Positions 17,819 to 26,000 of a stretch of DNA of 43,602 nt are shown here, in pieces. The stretch covers positions 1 to 43,602 of IMG/VR virus record IMGVR_UViG_3300031949_000079. One strand, 5' to 3'. The position numbers and the translations under genes are program-made. Position 1 is the stretch's first letter; every line of letters begins with the position of its first letter. Source of the stretch: a virus (taxonomy: Duplodnaviria; Caudoviricetes). The notes beneath the pieces are model-generated. The model was not told where the DNA came from. It saw only the letters and a program-made list of their open reading frames with translations, and ran no database searches.

Positions 17819-18003
17819 CCCTTTGTACCTCTCTTCCTTGAGTGGAATATAATAGGTGTGGACTTGGATTCATCTGTGGTATTATACAGAGCCTCAGCCT
17901 CCACTGGCTTGTCTGTATAGACGGTTATGGGTGCCCTCCTAATGTCGGAGATGTGGAACCCACGCTTCTCAAAGTAGGCTAGAATCTGGATGTCAGTCAA
18001 CAT
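17764..18003 (-). CDS. Hypothetical protein
   Basis: 79 aa coupled to the upstream gene; overlaps the fibre gene start by 55 nt. Confidence 0.5.
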   Translation of the reverse strand: MLTDIQILAYFEKRGFHISDIRRAPITVYTDKPVEAEALYNTTDESKSTPIIFHSRKRGTKGWASTMLFSLKSKMKVLR

Positions 18004-18404
18004 TAGACACCCTCCAGTACCAAAAGGATTTTACTCCCAGACGTGCAGATAGCATTGATGGCACCAATGTTAAGGTTACCCTCTCTCCGACTCATTGAGT
18101 AATTACCACCTCCAGCATTGAGCCTTATACCCTGATTCATAGCAGCAGAGGCACCTATCTTTAGGTAGATAGTCTCGGTACTGTCATTGATAAGGAGAGC
18201 ATGGATTCGGTTGGTGTTGGCAGCCAGAGCTACAGTGGTTGTAGCACCAACAGTCACAGTGGTAGGAGTACCAGTAGTATATGAGCCCTCATCATACAAG
18301 GACTTCAGCCGGGCCAGAACAGTGTTCGCTGTTGGGGTGGTTTGCACCTCACCCAACACTTCGGCTCCGGCTGAGTCCTTCAGCAATCTGCTAGGTAATG
18401 CCAT
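18003..18404 (-). CDS. Small beta-sandwich virion protein
   Basis: LAANTNR..ALLINDS..TIYL.IG...GIRL pattern seen in phage structural proteins. Confidence 0.6.
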   Translation of the reverse strand: MALPSRLLKDSAGAEVLGEVQTTPTANTVLARLKSLYDEGSYTTGTPTTVTVGATTTVALAANTNRIHALLINDSTETIYLKIGASAAMNQGIRLNAGGGNYSMSRREGNLNIGAINAICTSGSKILLVLEGV

Positions 18405-18405
18405 A

Positions 18406-18813
18406 TTAGGCTACCTCCACAAATTTCTCAATGGCTACTAGGAGATTTGGCTCAATCTCCAAAGGTCTATCCATGTTATGATGGCAAGCATCACAGGTGG
18501 AGCAGACCTTCTCGGGAAGTCTAATCTTCTCCTTGAAGTCAATCTCTACCAACTGTTCCATCAACTCATTGAACTCGGACCAGAACTTCTCCTGGCTCTC
18601 CTGTGAGGCATTAGCCATAGTAACCTGGTTCTCAGTCTTTACCCCATACTGGTTGATAAGTTGATTTCTAATCTTCTCAACAACCTGGTAGTGAGGCTGT
18701 AGAACCATAGAGAACTTGGCAAGGGCAAGGCTGGGTCTAACAGGGAGTTTGACCTCTCCCAACTTTTGGATAGCCAGATAAGCTGTGAAGATTTCACCAT
18801 TCTTGAGTTTCAC
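18406..18813 (-). CDS. Hypothetical helical protein with a CxxC insert
   Basis: 135 aa; GTG start with AGGAGG SD. Confidence 0.65.
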   Translation of the reverse strand: MKLKNGEIFTAYLAIQKLGEVKLPVRPSLALAKFSMVLQPHYQVVEKIRNQLINQYGVKTENQVTMANASQESQEKFWSEFNELMEQLVEIDFKEKIRLPEKVCSTCDACHHNMDRPLEIEPNLLVAIEKFVEVA

Positions 18814-18822
18814 CTAAACCTC

Positions 18823-18915
18823 CTAGTCCTTGACCACTTTACCTTTACAATGTGGGCACTTCTTGACTTCCTTCACGGATTCAAACCGGTATCCACAATC
18901 AATACACTTGTACAT
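18823..18915 (-). CDS. 30-aa zinc-ribbon microprotein (MYKCIDCG...CPHCKG)
   Basis: Manual translation; two CxxC; AGGAGG SD. Confidence 0.7.
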   Translation of the reverse strand: MYKCIDCGYRFESVKEVKKCPHCKGKVVKD

Positions 18916-18925
18916 GTCAACCTCC

Positions 18926-19222
18926 TCAGATTTCCTTTACAATATTACTACCATTAGTGGAAGCGATTTCAATGGTGGGAATATCATACTCATAATTCTT
19001 GCCTGCTTCAACCAACCAAATCCCCAATGCAATACTACCGGTAGGGAATGACGCTGATTTCACGGCCAACCACTCCACAGCAGCGAAACTGTCAGCCAAG
19101 TCACCTGATATTCTACCATTTACATCAGTGGTTACAGCTACACTAAGGACATCACCAGCCACTACTGTAGCTCCTGATAGTGGTACTCCCTGATACTTTA
19201 TTGTTATGGTTGTCGTTTTCAT
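18926..19222 (-). CDS. Ig/prealbumin-like fold virion accessory protein
   Basis: GVPLSGATV...TTDVNG pattern; start uncertain. Confidence 0.5.
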   Translation of the reverse strand: MKTTTITIKYQGVPLSGATVVAGDVLSVAVTTDVNGRISGDLADSFAAVEWLAVKSASFPTGSIALGIWLVEAGKNYEYDIPTIEIASTNGSNIVKEI

Positions 19223-19263
19223 TTTAGTAATGGGTGGGAGTGTTAGTCCCACCCACTGTCCTC

Positions 19264-20433
19264 TTAACTGGTATAAAGTGGAATGTAGTATTGGGTTGAG
19301 GAACCACCAGGTGTACTCTCATAGTTCACCTTGAGTCTACCGGCAATACCACCACTTAGGGTTGTAGTTGAGAAGCAATCAGCACTACCACAGAAGGTAA
19401 AGAGTTGGGCCGCCAGCACATTGTTTGTACCTTCCAGAAAGAACAATGTCTTTGCTCCCGTTGCGGTGTTATGCTGCTTCAACCTGATATAACAATCCCG
19501 ACTTGTGCCTCTGGCTATACCAACATAGCCAATGTCAAGTAGCATTACGTTGGCTGCTCCCGTACCAACATCCTCAACATAAGCCTGCCAGACACTGACG
19601 TTACCAGTAAGCTTGTTGCCGGTCTGGGTGATATAATGTGACTCAAGGGCAACCTCAGTACAAGCTCCAGTGGTGGCCGCAAAGTCTATGGAGAATGGGT
19701 TAACTGCACCACCTGTCTGGGCACCAGTTTTGGTCCAGTTGATGTAGAATCCATGAGTGTACCCACTGGCGAGGGTCTGAGTGTCAGTGACATCCAACTT
19801 CATGGAATCCAGGGCTGCTGTGCCTGTTAATACAGATGTGGCATAGAACGGATACTTCACTGAGCCACTCATATAGATACCATACTCCCACCTATAGGTG
19901 GACTGGCATCGGACATTGATGGCCGGATTATGTGCTCCACTACCCAGAGTAGGGGCACCACTATTCTGGCAAAGGTCAAGGCCAGATAGGAAACCACTTG
20001 CACCAACCGTTGTGGTGCCTTCGTTCCAGATAGTACCTCTGATGGCACCAGCATAGAATGAGGCTCCGGACCCTGCTGTGCAGGCACCATAGAAGTCCAG
20101 GACGGCATCAACACCGAATACATTACCTTGGATATTCTTGCTGGCTCCGACATCAACACAGCCTATGGTGCCCATGAGGGATGCGTTGGTCTGGGTAGTA
20201 CCAATTACCAGACGACCTCTGACAGCTGAGTCATAGGTATCACCAGTGAGGTCCGTGGAGCCTGTGTTAGCTGTGATGTTTACTATGGAGTCCCTATTTG
20301 ACCTAGATGCCCCATACAGCTTGGCTAGGCTCTGACCATAACTATCGGTGATATAGGTTGAGGATTCCTTTATGTCAGCAGAGGTGCCAAACTCTGGGTG
20401 TTCAATTCTAAGACGTTTATATGTTACTGTCAC
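19264..20433 (-). CDS. Capsid decoration/fibre-like protein
   Basis: 389 aa, Gly/Thr rich, right after the cement gene; ends YYIPLY; AAGGAGG SD. Confidence 0.6.
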   Translation of the reverse strand: MTVTYKRLRIEHPEFGTSADIKESSTYITDSYGQSLAKLYGASRSNRDSIVNITANTGSTDLTGDTYDSAVRGRLVIGTTQTNASLMGTIGCVDVGASKNIQGNVFGVDAVLDFYGACTAGSGASFYAGAIRGTIWNEGTTTVGASGFLSGLDLCQNSGAPTLGSGAHNPAINVRCQSTYRWEYGIYMSGSVKYPFYATSVLTGTAALDSMKLDVTDTQTLASGYTHGFYINWTKTGAQTGGAVNPFSIDFAATTGACTEVALESHYITQTGNKLTGNVSVWQAYVEDVGTGAANVMLLDIGYVGIARGTSRDCYIRLKQHNTATGAKTLFFLEGTNNVLAAQLFTFCGSADCFSTTTLSGGIAGRLKVNYESTPGGSSTQYYIPLYTS

Positions 20434-20454
20434 TATTTACCTCCTTTAGGTAAT

Positions 20455-20483
20455 TGGAGAGGGAAGTTCATCCTCCCTCTCCA
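20455..20483 (-). terminator. Stem-loop after the capsid/cement genes (attenuator or mRNA stabiliser)
   Basis: TGGAGAGGGA / TCCCTCTCCA 10-bp stem; no clear U-tract. Confidence 0.5.
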
Positions 20484-20488
20484 TTAGC

Positions 20489-20887
20489 TTAGACATTCTC
20501 AAAAGGCTCAAGAGCCACAAAGGCAGTGACGGTCATGGTGCCAGTTGTGGTGATGTCATAGTACAGACCAAGGTACCGCTCCTCTGTACCAATAGCCGAG
20601 GCTAGTGGTATGATGATTGGTGACCGATTGGCGGTTAGGCTAGCTGCCGCTATATCACCAGTTTCTATCTGGGTAGTCGGTGATGCCAATGTAGCTACAG
20701 TATCGGTTACCACCTTGAAGTTACAGTAGGTCATGGTGGCTATACCGGTATCTATGATGATAACCATATAAGCCTGACGACCTCTCCAAATTGCTTTGGC
20801 TGCTCCAAGGTCAATGGAGTAGTCGGACGGAGCGTCCACGGTTAGGGCCTGTTCATCACTTACCAATAAATCCCTGTCAACGTACAT
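20489..20887 (-). CDS. Bbp16-like capsid cement protein
   Basis: N-terminus MYVDRDLLVSDEQA....S...IDLG and C-terminal RYLGLYY resemble BPP-1 Bbp16; directly follows the MCP. Confidence 0.8.
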   Translation of the reverse strand: MYVDRDLLVSDEQALTVDAPSDYSIDLGAAKAIWRGRQAYMVIIIDTGIATMTYCNFKVVTDTVATLASPTTQIETGDIAAASLTANRSPIIIPLASAIGTEERYLGLYYDITTTGTMTVTAFVALEPFENV

Positions 20888-20896
20888 TTTTCCTCC

Positions 20897-21904
20897 TTAA
20901 CTCACCACGGCTTCGGTTATAGTCAGGTTATCACAGACCCGGATGGGTGCATCCAGGAAGCTCACGATAGGCTTGCCCATCACATTGTCAAGGGTGAGAT
21001 TGACATTGGCCTTGTTCTGAGCCTGCTTGTGGAAGTATTTGGCGATGGTCTTGTTGCAGTAGATGAAGGTCTTGGCCATATTGCCTAGGTCTATTGTTGG
21101 CCGGGCATAGTAGGCATCCAGCATCTTGTCCAGTAGGTCGGCGCCTGTGGCTGCATCGGAGGTGAGTAGGGATGTTTCCACGTTGGCGATGCGGATGACG
21201 TACCGGTAGTCCAGAAGTGCTAGACCCAACTTCCATTGGAATTTGGTCACATAGGCGGTGTACATCAGGCCAGCAGAGTCGGTGACTAGCTGCTTACCCA
21301 TATCCTCGGACTGCAATCCAGCTTGACTACCTTTTGGATAGAGAAGGGTGCAGGTGAGTGGACCCCAGGTTACAAACCAGATAGATGATTGCACGGTGGC
21401 TGTTGAGCCAGCCGCACTAATTATCTGGCTGGCATAGGTGCCAGTGGTGCTGGTATATCTGGGTTGTAATCCTGATATTTGCTCTGGATTGTCCTTCTGG
21501 TTGCCGTAGAAGATGGCCGTGGCTACGGTGCTATTGAGGCCCATGATAAAGCCATTGTCCTCAGATGCTCTGAACGCCGCCTCATTACCATTGAGTGAGG
21601 CTACATCCACATCCAGTTTGGAGTAGGACTCTAGGATGCCACAGGTGTCAGTCACTTGCTGCGTGGTTGACTTCTCTGCGGCAACACCATAGTTCAGAAG
21701 CCTCCATGTACCGGCTGGCTGTGTTGACCGTTGGGTGCTTCGGTGGCCTGTGGGAAGATTACCTTCTATCACATTGGCATCGGCGATAACAGGATTAGAG
21801 GCTGCCAAGACCTCAATTATTTCATCAATGCCACCACCAGGAGCTTCACGTTTGGCATAGTCTAATAGTGTTAAATAGGTTGCTCCCCTTGCTGCTGTAG
21901 TCAT
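20897..21904 (-). CDS. Major capsid protein, BPP-1 Bbp17 / epsilon15 gp7 type
   Basis: TLLDYAKR, IIEVL...N, EGNLPTGH, WRLLNYGV, D.CG.LE..S..D, SIWFV.WG and RIANV motifs. Confidence 0.92.
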   Translation of the reverse strand: MTTAARGATYLTLLDYAKREAPGGGIDEIIEVLAASNPVIADANVIEGNLPTGHRSTQRSTQPAGTWRLLNYGVAAEKSTTQQVTDTCGILESYSKLDVDVASLNGNEAAFRASEDNGFIMGLNSTVATAIFYGNQKDNPEQISGLQPRYTSTTGTYASQIISAAGSTATVQSSIWFVTWGPLTCTLLYPKGSQAGLQSEDMGKQLVTDSAGLMYTAYVTKFQWKLGLALLDYRYVIRIANVETSLLTSDAATGADLLDKMLDAYYARPTIDLGNMAKTFIYCNKTIAKYFHKQAQNKANVNLTLDNVMGKPIVSFLDAPIRVCDNLTITEAVVS

Positions 21905-21913
21905 TGTCCCTCC

Positions 21914-22489
21914 TTAAGAAACTTTCATGGTTGGATAACGTTCTGCCAGTCTCTGTTGGTCGGTCTTTCCTGACTCTCCGGAGTTTCCTCCCTTACCATC
22001 ATAAACGGCAGAAACTATTGTCCTGACACCAAGCAAGGCTAAATTCTTCTCGGCGTCCCTGAGTTGGACCAAATCCATACTCTTAACCTTTTCCAAGGGT
22101 ACCTTATACACGGCGGTAAAGCGGTCCCTCAGTAGGCTAAGCATTTGTTCATCCATAGCTTTCCTGCTTGTTACAGCCTCGTTGAACTTGGTCTCAAGCT
22201 CACCCACCTTGGTTTTATAGGTGGCAGCTTCCTTCAGGTCTGACTCCAGCTTCTCACGGCTGGCCTGCTCCTGCAACAGCTTGTTATGGGACTCATCACG
22301 GAGCCGGTTGGCCTCGGCAAGGTCAGTTAGGTGCTTCGTGATTTTGCCATCATATTCCTTTGCTGTTTGCTCGGATGCTCCCTTTACCTTGATGAGGTCG
22401 GATTCAAGGACATACTTAACCTTACGTCCACCCTCCGACACCAATATGGTGTGTTCATCCTCACGGGTAAAGGTCAATTCATCAGTCAT
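21914..22489 (-). CDS. Capsid scaffolding protein
   Basis: Coiled coil immediately upstream of the MCP; C-terminal LAERYPTM. Confidence 0.7.
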   Translation of the reverse strand: MTDELTFTREDEHTILVSEGGRKVKYVLESDLIKVKGASEQTAKEYDGKITKHLTDLAEANRLRDESHNKLLQEQASREKLESDLKEAATYKTKVGELETKFNEAVTSRKAMDEQMLSLLRDRFTAVYKVPLEKVKSMDLVQLRDAEKNLALLGVRTIVSAVYDGKGGNSGESGKTDQQRLAERYPTMKVS

Positions 22490-22507
22490 ATTATCCTCCT
22501 ACCATAT

Positions 22508-22536
22508 AGTATAGCACACTCAATATACAATGTCAA
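22508..22536 (-). promoter_or_regulatory. Sigma70-type promoter for the scaffold-capsid operon
   Basis: TTGACA-17-TATACT with extended TG, minus strand. Confidence 0.85.
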
Positions 22537-22552
22537 GGGCTAGAATTAAAAC

Positions 22553-22581
22553 TTGACAAACGTATTAGTTTATGTTATATT
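22553..22581 (+). promoter_or_regulatory. Sigma70-type promoter, probably producing a leaderless mRNA
   Basis: TTGACA-17-TATATT with extended TG; ATG 22588 begins 7 nt after the -10 and has no SD. Confidence 0.8.
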
Positions 22582-22587
22582 ATTAAC

Positions 22588-23013
22588 ATGAACAGAAACG
22601 AACAAATGAAAGCCATGAAAGATGCAGGAATGTCCTATGCGGAAGTAGGAGTGATGTTCCAATTATCTAGGCAACGTGCCTACCAAATACTCAGACCTAA
22701 GAAATATACACCACCAACCAGTGAGGAGGTTAAGGAGAGAAAGAGAAACTGGACCAGGGAGTACCACAGAAATAATGTTCTTACCATCAAGGGCAAATTC
22801 ACCATAGTTAGGAAGAGACCAAGACCTAATGACACATGTGAACTGTGCGGCCAACATAGAACCAGGTTACACTATCACCACTGGGATGATGGTACGCCTG
22901 AACTTGGTATGTGGATATGCAGAGGATGTCACTGGTTCGCAGGTGATTGTGAGAAGGATAAGGATATGAGGTATGCAGAGTTAAAGGATAAAATAAATAG
23001 TGGTTCCATCTAG
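22588..23013 (+). CDS. HTH + HNH-like zinc nuclease (paralog 1), antisense within the virion arm
   Basis: HTH GMSYAEVG..FQLSRQRAYQIL; CELC...YHHWD...GMWICRGCH. Confidence 0.75.
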   Translation: MNRNEQMKAMKDAGMSYAEVGVMFQLSRQRAYQILRPKKYTPPTSEEVKERKRNWTREYHRNNVLTIKGKFTIVRKRPRPNDTCELCGQHRTRLHYHHWDDGTPELGMWICRGCHWFAGDCEKDKDMRYAELKDKINSGSI

Positions 23014-23054
23014 AATAAATGTACATATATAGCATTATCTATCATTACTTCTAT

Positions 23055-26000
23055 CTATCCTGTAATAGAGGTCTTGTCCCTCTCAAAAGCATCCAACATA
23101 GCCTTGGCCTCCGGTGTTTTCTGACTATCAACATAGCCAAAGACGTTCAGCCAGAAGTCCAGCTTTGGTGATACTTGACGCATGGCACCTCGGGCCTGGG
23201 TGAGCTTACGAGTATAACTTGATATAAGCTGATTACCAGTGGTTGGGTCCAACATAGCCTCTATCTCATCCTTACGAGAAGAGGTTGTGGTATCAGCATA
23301 ATACTCACTGATGAGGGCTTTCTGGTCCTCAGCATATCCTGCAAAAATTATCCTGGAGGCGGCCTGATAGCCCCTAATATAATTGTTGTAGGCTGTACGG
23401 AATACCTCCTCCATGGGAGTCTCGTACCTTCTGATGTAGGACTCAAACTCAGACCTCAAGTCCTCTGGTAGTGCCATCTTAACTGCCTCACGCTGTAGCC
23501 AAAACTTGAGGTAGTTATAATCCTCCTCACCAGTGTATGGGTCCTTATCCTTCTCCAACTTAATATTGAAGTAGAGGTCAAGGGCTTCATCCATGGGACC
23601 AAGGGTAGGTACAGAGAAGTTCAGACGCTTCATAAGTTTGACCTGACCCTCCGGAGTGAGGGCATCTATGGCAGGTGCAAACCTCTCACTGTTCTTCAAA
23701 TCCTCAACATCCTTGGAGTAGTCAGCCCAATTCTCTGCATGTTCCTGTCTCCACTCGGCACCATTATAGTGCACCTCAGCAGTGGGAGTGATAAAGCCTG
23801 TATCAATGCTGGCCTCACTGGTCAACCGCTTCTGTTGGGCATCCTTAGTGGCATTGAAGTATTCATCAATCAGGGAGTAGATGTCTTGGACGTCAGGTGG
23901 CATCATAGTCACACCACGGCCAAAGTAGATTCTCCACTGCCACACCTCATCCAATGTCTGTCGGAGGTCAAGAGGTAGGCCACCAACAACATCAGATGGT
24001 CTCTTGTTGTGCTTCCAGAGATTATCTTGGAACTCCTCAGACATACCCAACTGCTCTTTGAATATCTGGGTGACTTGTTTGTATGCCTCCAGATATTGCT
24101 CTGTCCTCAACCTCAGTTGTGGGAACTGTGACCTCACTACTCCGTACCATGCAGCCTCACGGTAGGATTCATCCCAAAGTAGCTGCTCCTCAGGAGTGAA
24201 GGCTTCCTTCCTCAGTTTCTTGTACCACAGGTCTGTACCCGATTGTCCACCTATCAACTTACCACCAGACTCTACCTGCTTGGTACTGACTATGGTGGTG
24301 GCATAGTATTGTTGCAAGTTGTCATGGAATACCTTATCCTGCAACCATTGGGCTGCACTGGATACACCTGGTATATTGGAACTAACCAGCAATCCAAGTC
24401 CAGCTTTGGGTAGGGATGGTAGGGCTCCACCAAGTTCTGGTGACCTACCAGAGAGAATTGGGGAGAGGACTATAGGCAACATGACATGGGCACCTGGGAA
24501 GGCACCAACTCTTTGGGAGAAATCAAGGACTTCACCCATTGGGCCAAGGTTGGAATAGTAGGATACAAAGTCATGGCGTGCTAGGCCAAAGGTAGTACCA
24601 AACATGGAGCCAGTGAAGGGATTAACTTCAAGGTCTGTACCTGGAATGTGTTGATAGCCTTGGTCTGAATAGTTGTAATACTTGCCCCAGGCAGCCATTA
24701 GGCCAGGATGCTTCATAGCTAATCTGGGGAGTTCAAACCATTTGTAGAGGGTGTAGGTCCAGTAAGGATAAATCATCTTCATGGATGCATCCACGATGTT
24801 AGGATTGGAGTAGTCAGCGAAGGTCTTGTAGTAGTCTTTGAGGGCGGAGTCAAGGGACTCCTGGCGGAGTTGGTTGAGGTTCTTATACTCCTGTTTCAAC
24901 TGTGGCTTCTCCTGCTGTAATTTTTTTATTAGTGGCTTGATACGTTTCCTATACAAACCTATATTTCGTAATGATTCCTCAACGTTTGTCGGTTTTCCAA
25001 GTTTAAGAATATCCTCAGTGGTTATACCTACCCTATCACGTAGTATACCTGTTAAACGGTCAAGCTCAGATTGCGGTAAATAACCTCTTTCATACCCGGT
25101 CTGCTCCAGCCTGGATAATATATTGTCAGCCCACACAAGGTCATCCATACCAACCTTTGCCAGAGTAATACTGGTGTACATTTCCTTCTCGGCATTATCA
25201 GCCACATTATCTATCCACCCAGCAAGTGCCTTCTCCTCATTAGGCTTGAGACTCCTGGTCATCCTCAAAGTCATTAACTCCTGCTTCATTCCTTCCATCT
25301 GCATCAGTATCTTTTGCTGTGCCACATCCATATCAGGGGACATCTTCATGCCTCTGAGGATATCATCATAGGCTGACTCTATCTTTTCCTCAGTAAACCC
25401 ACGATACAAGTTGGGTTTGGAATCAGCCTTGGCCATAGCATATTTAACAAACCTAACCTTACTTTGCATGGCCATATTCTCTGCTATACCAGAGGACAAG
25501 GCATCAATGTTACAACCAAACAATTTGGCCACGTCATCTGCTGACAAGGCTCGGTTGGATGCATCCACCGGTATCAATCTAGGCTCAGGTAATTTCTGAT
25601 AAAGTTTGGCGAATTCCTTCCTAGACAGCATCTCACCGGCACCTATCTCAGCGGCCTCTTGACGATACTTAAGCCATGCCTCTGTCCTATAGGCTCTCAA
25701 GGCAGTATGCTCAGCCTCAGTTCTTTGCATCTTGGGCAAGGCCCAGAAGTCATCTAGGAGTTGGCCATCTGCTCTAAATGTTGCCTCCCAAAGGGCATCA
25801 CCATCAGAGGAACGGTCAAGGACTACATTCATGGCAGCCTGCTGGTCTGGAGTTAGCTTACCAACATTCTCAGCTATCTTTGTCCTCACTGTCCCCATAT
25901 TATCACTAACCTGGGCCATGGTATCTATCATCTGTTGCCGGTCAGTTCTCCATAATTGCTCCACCTGGCTGAACTTCCTGGCTGCATAGAGAGCATCAGC

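Noticed and set aside
8941-21904. Diversity-generating retroelement, suggested by the BPP-1-like capsid
   Set aside because: No reverse transcriptase ORF and no TR/VR pair differing at adenines was seen.
3372-23315. Other CTGATGA hammerhead cores (e.g. ~3373, ~17603, ~23308)
   Set aside because: All lie inside coding sequence without matching GAAA and stems.
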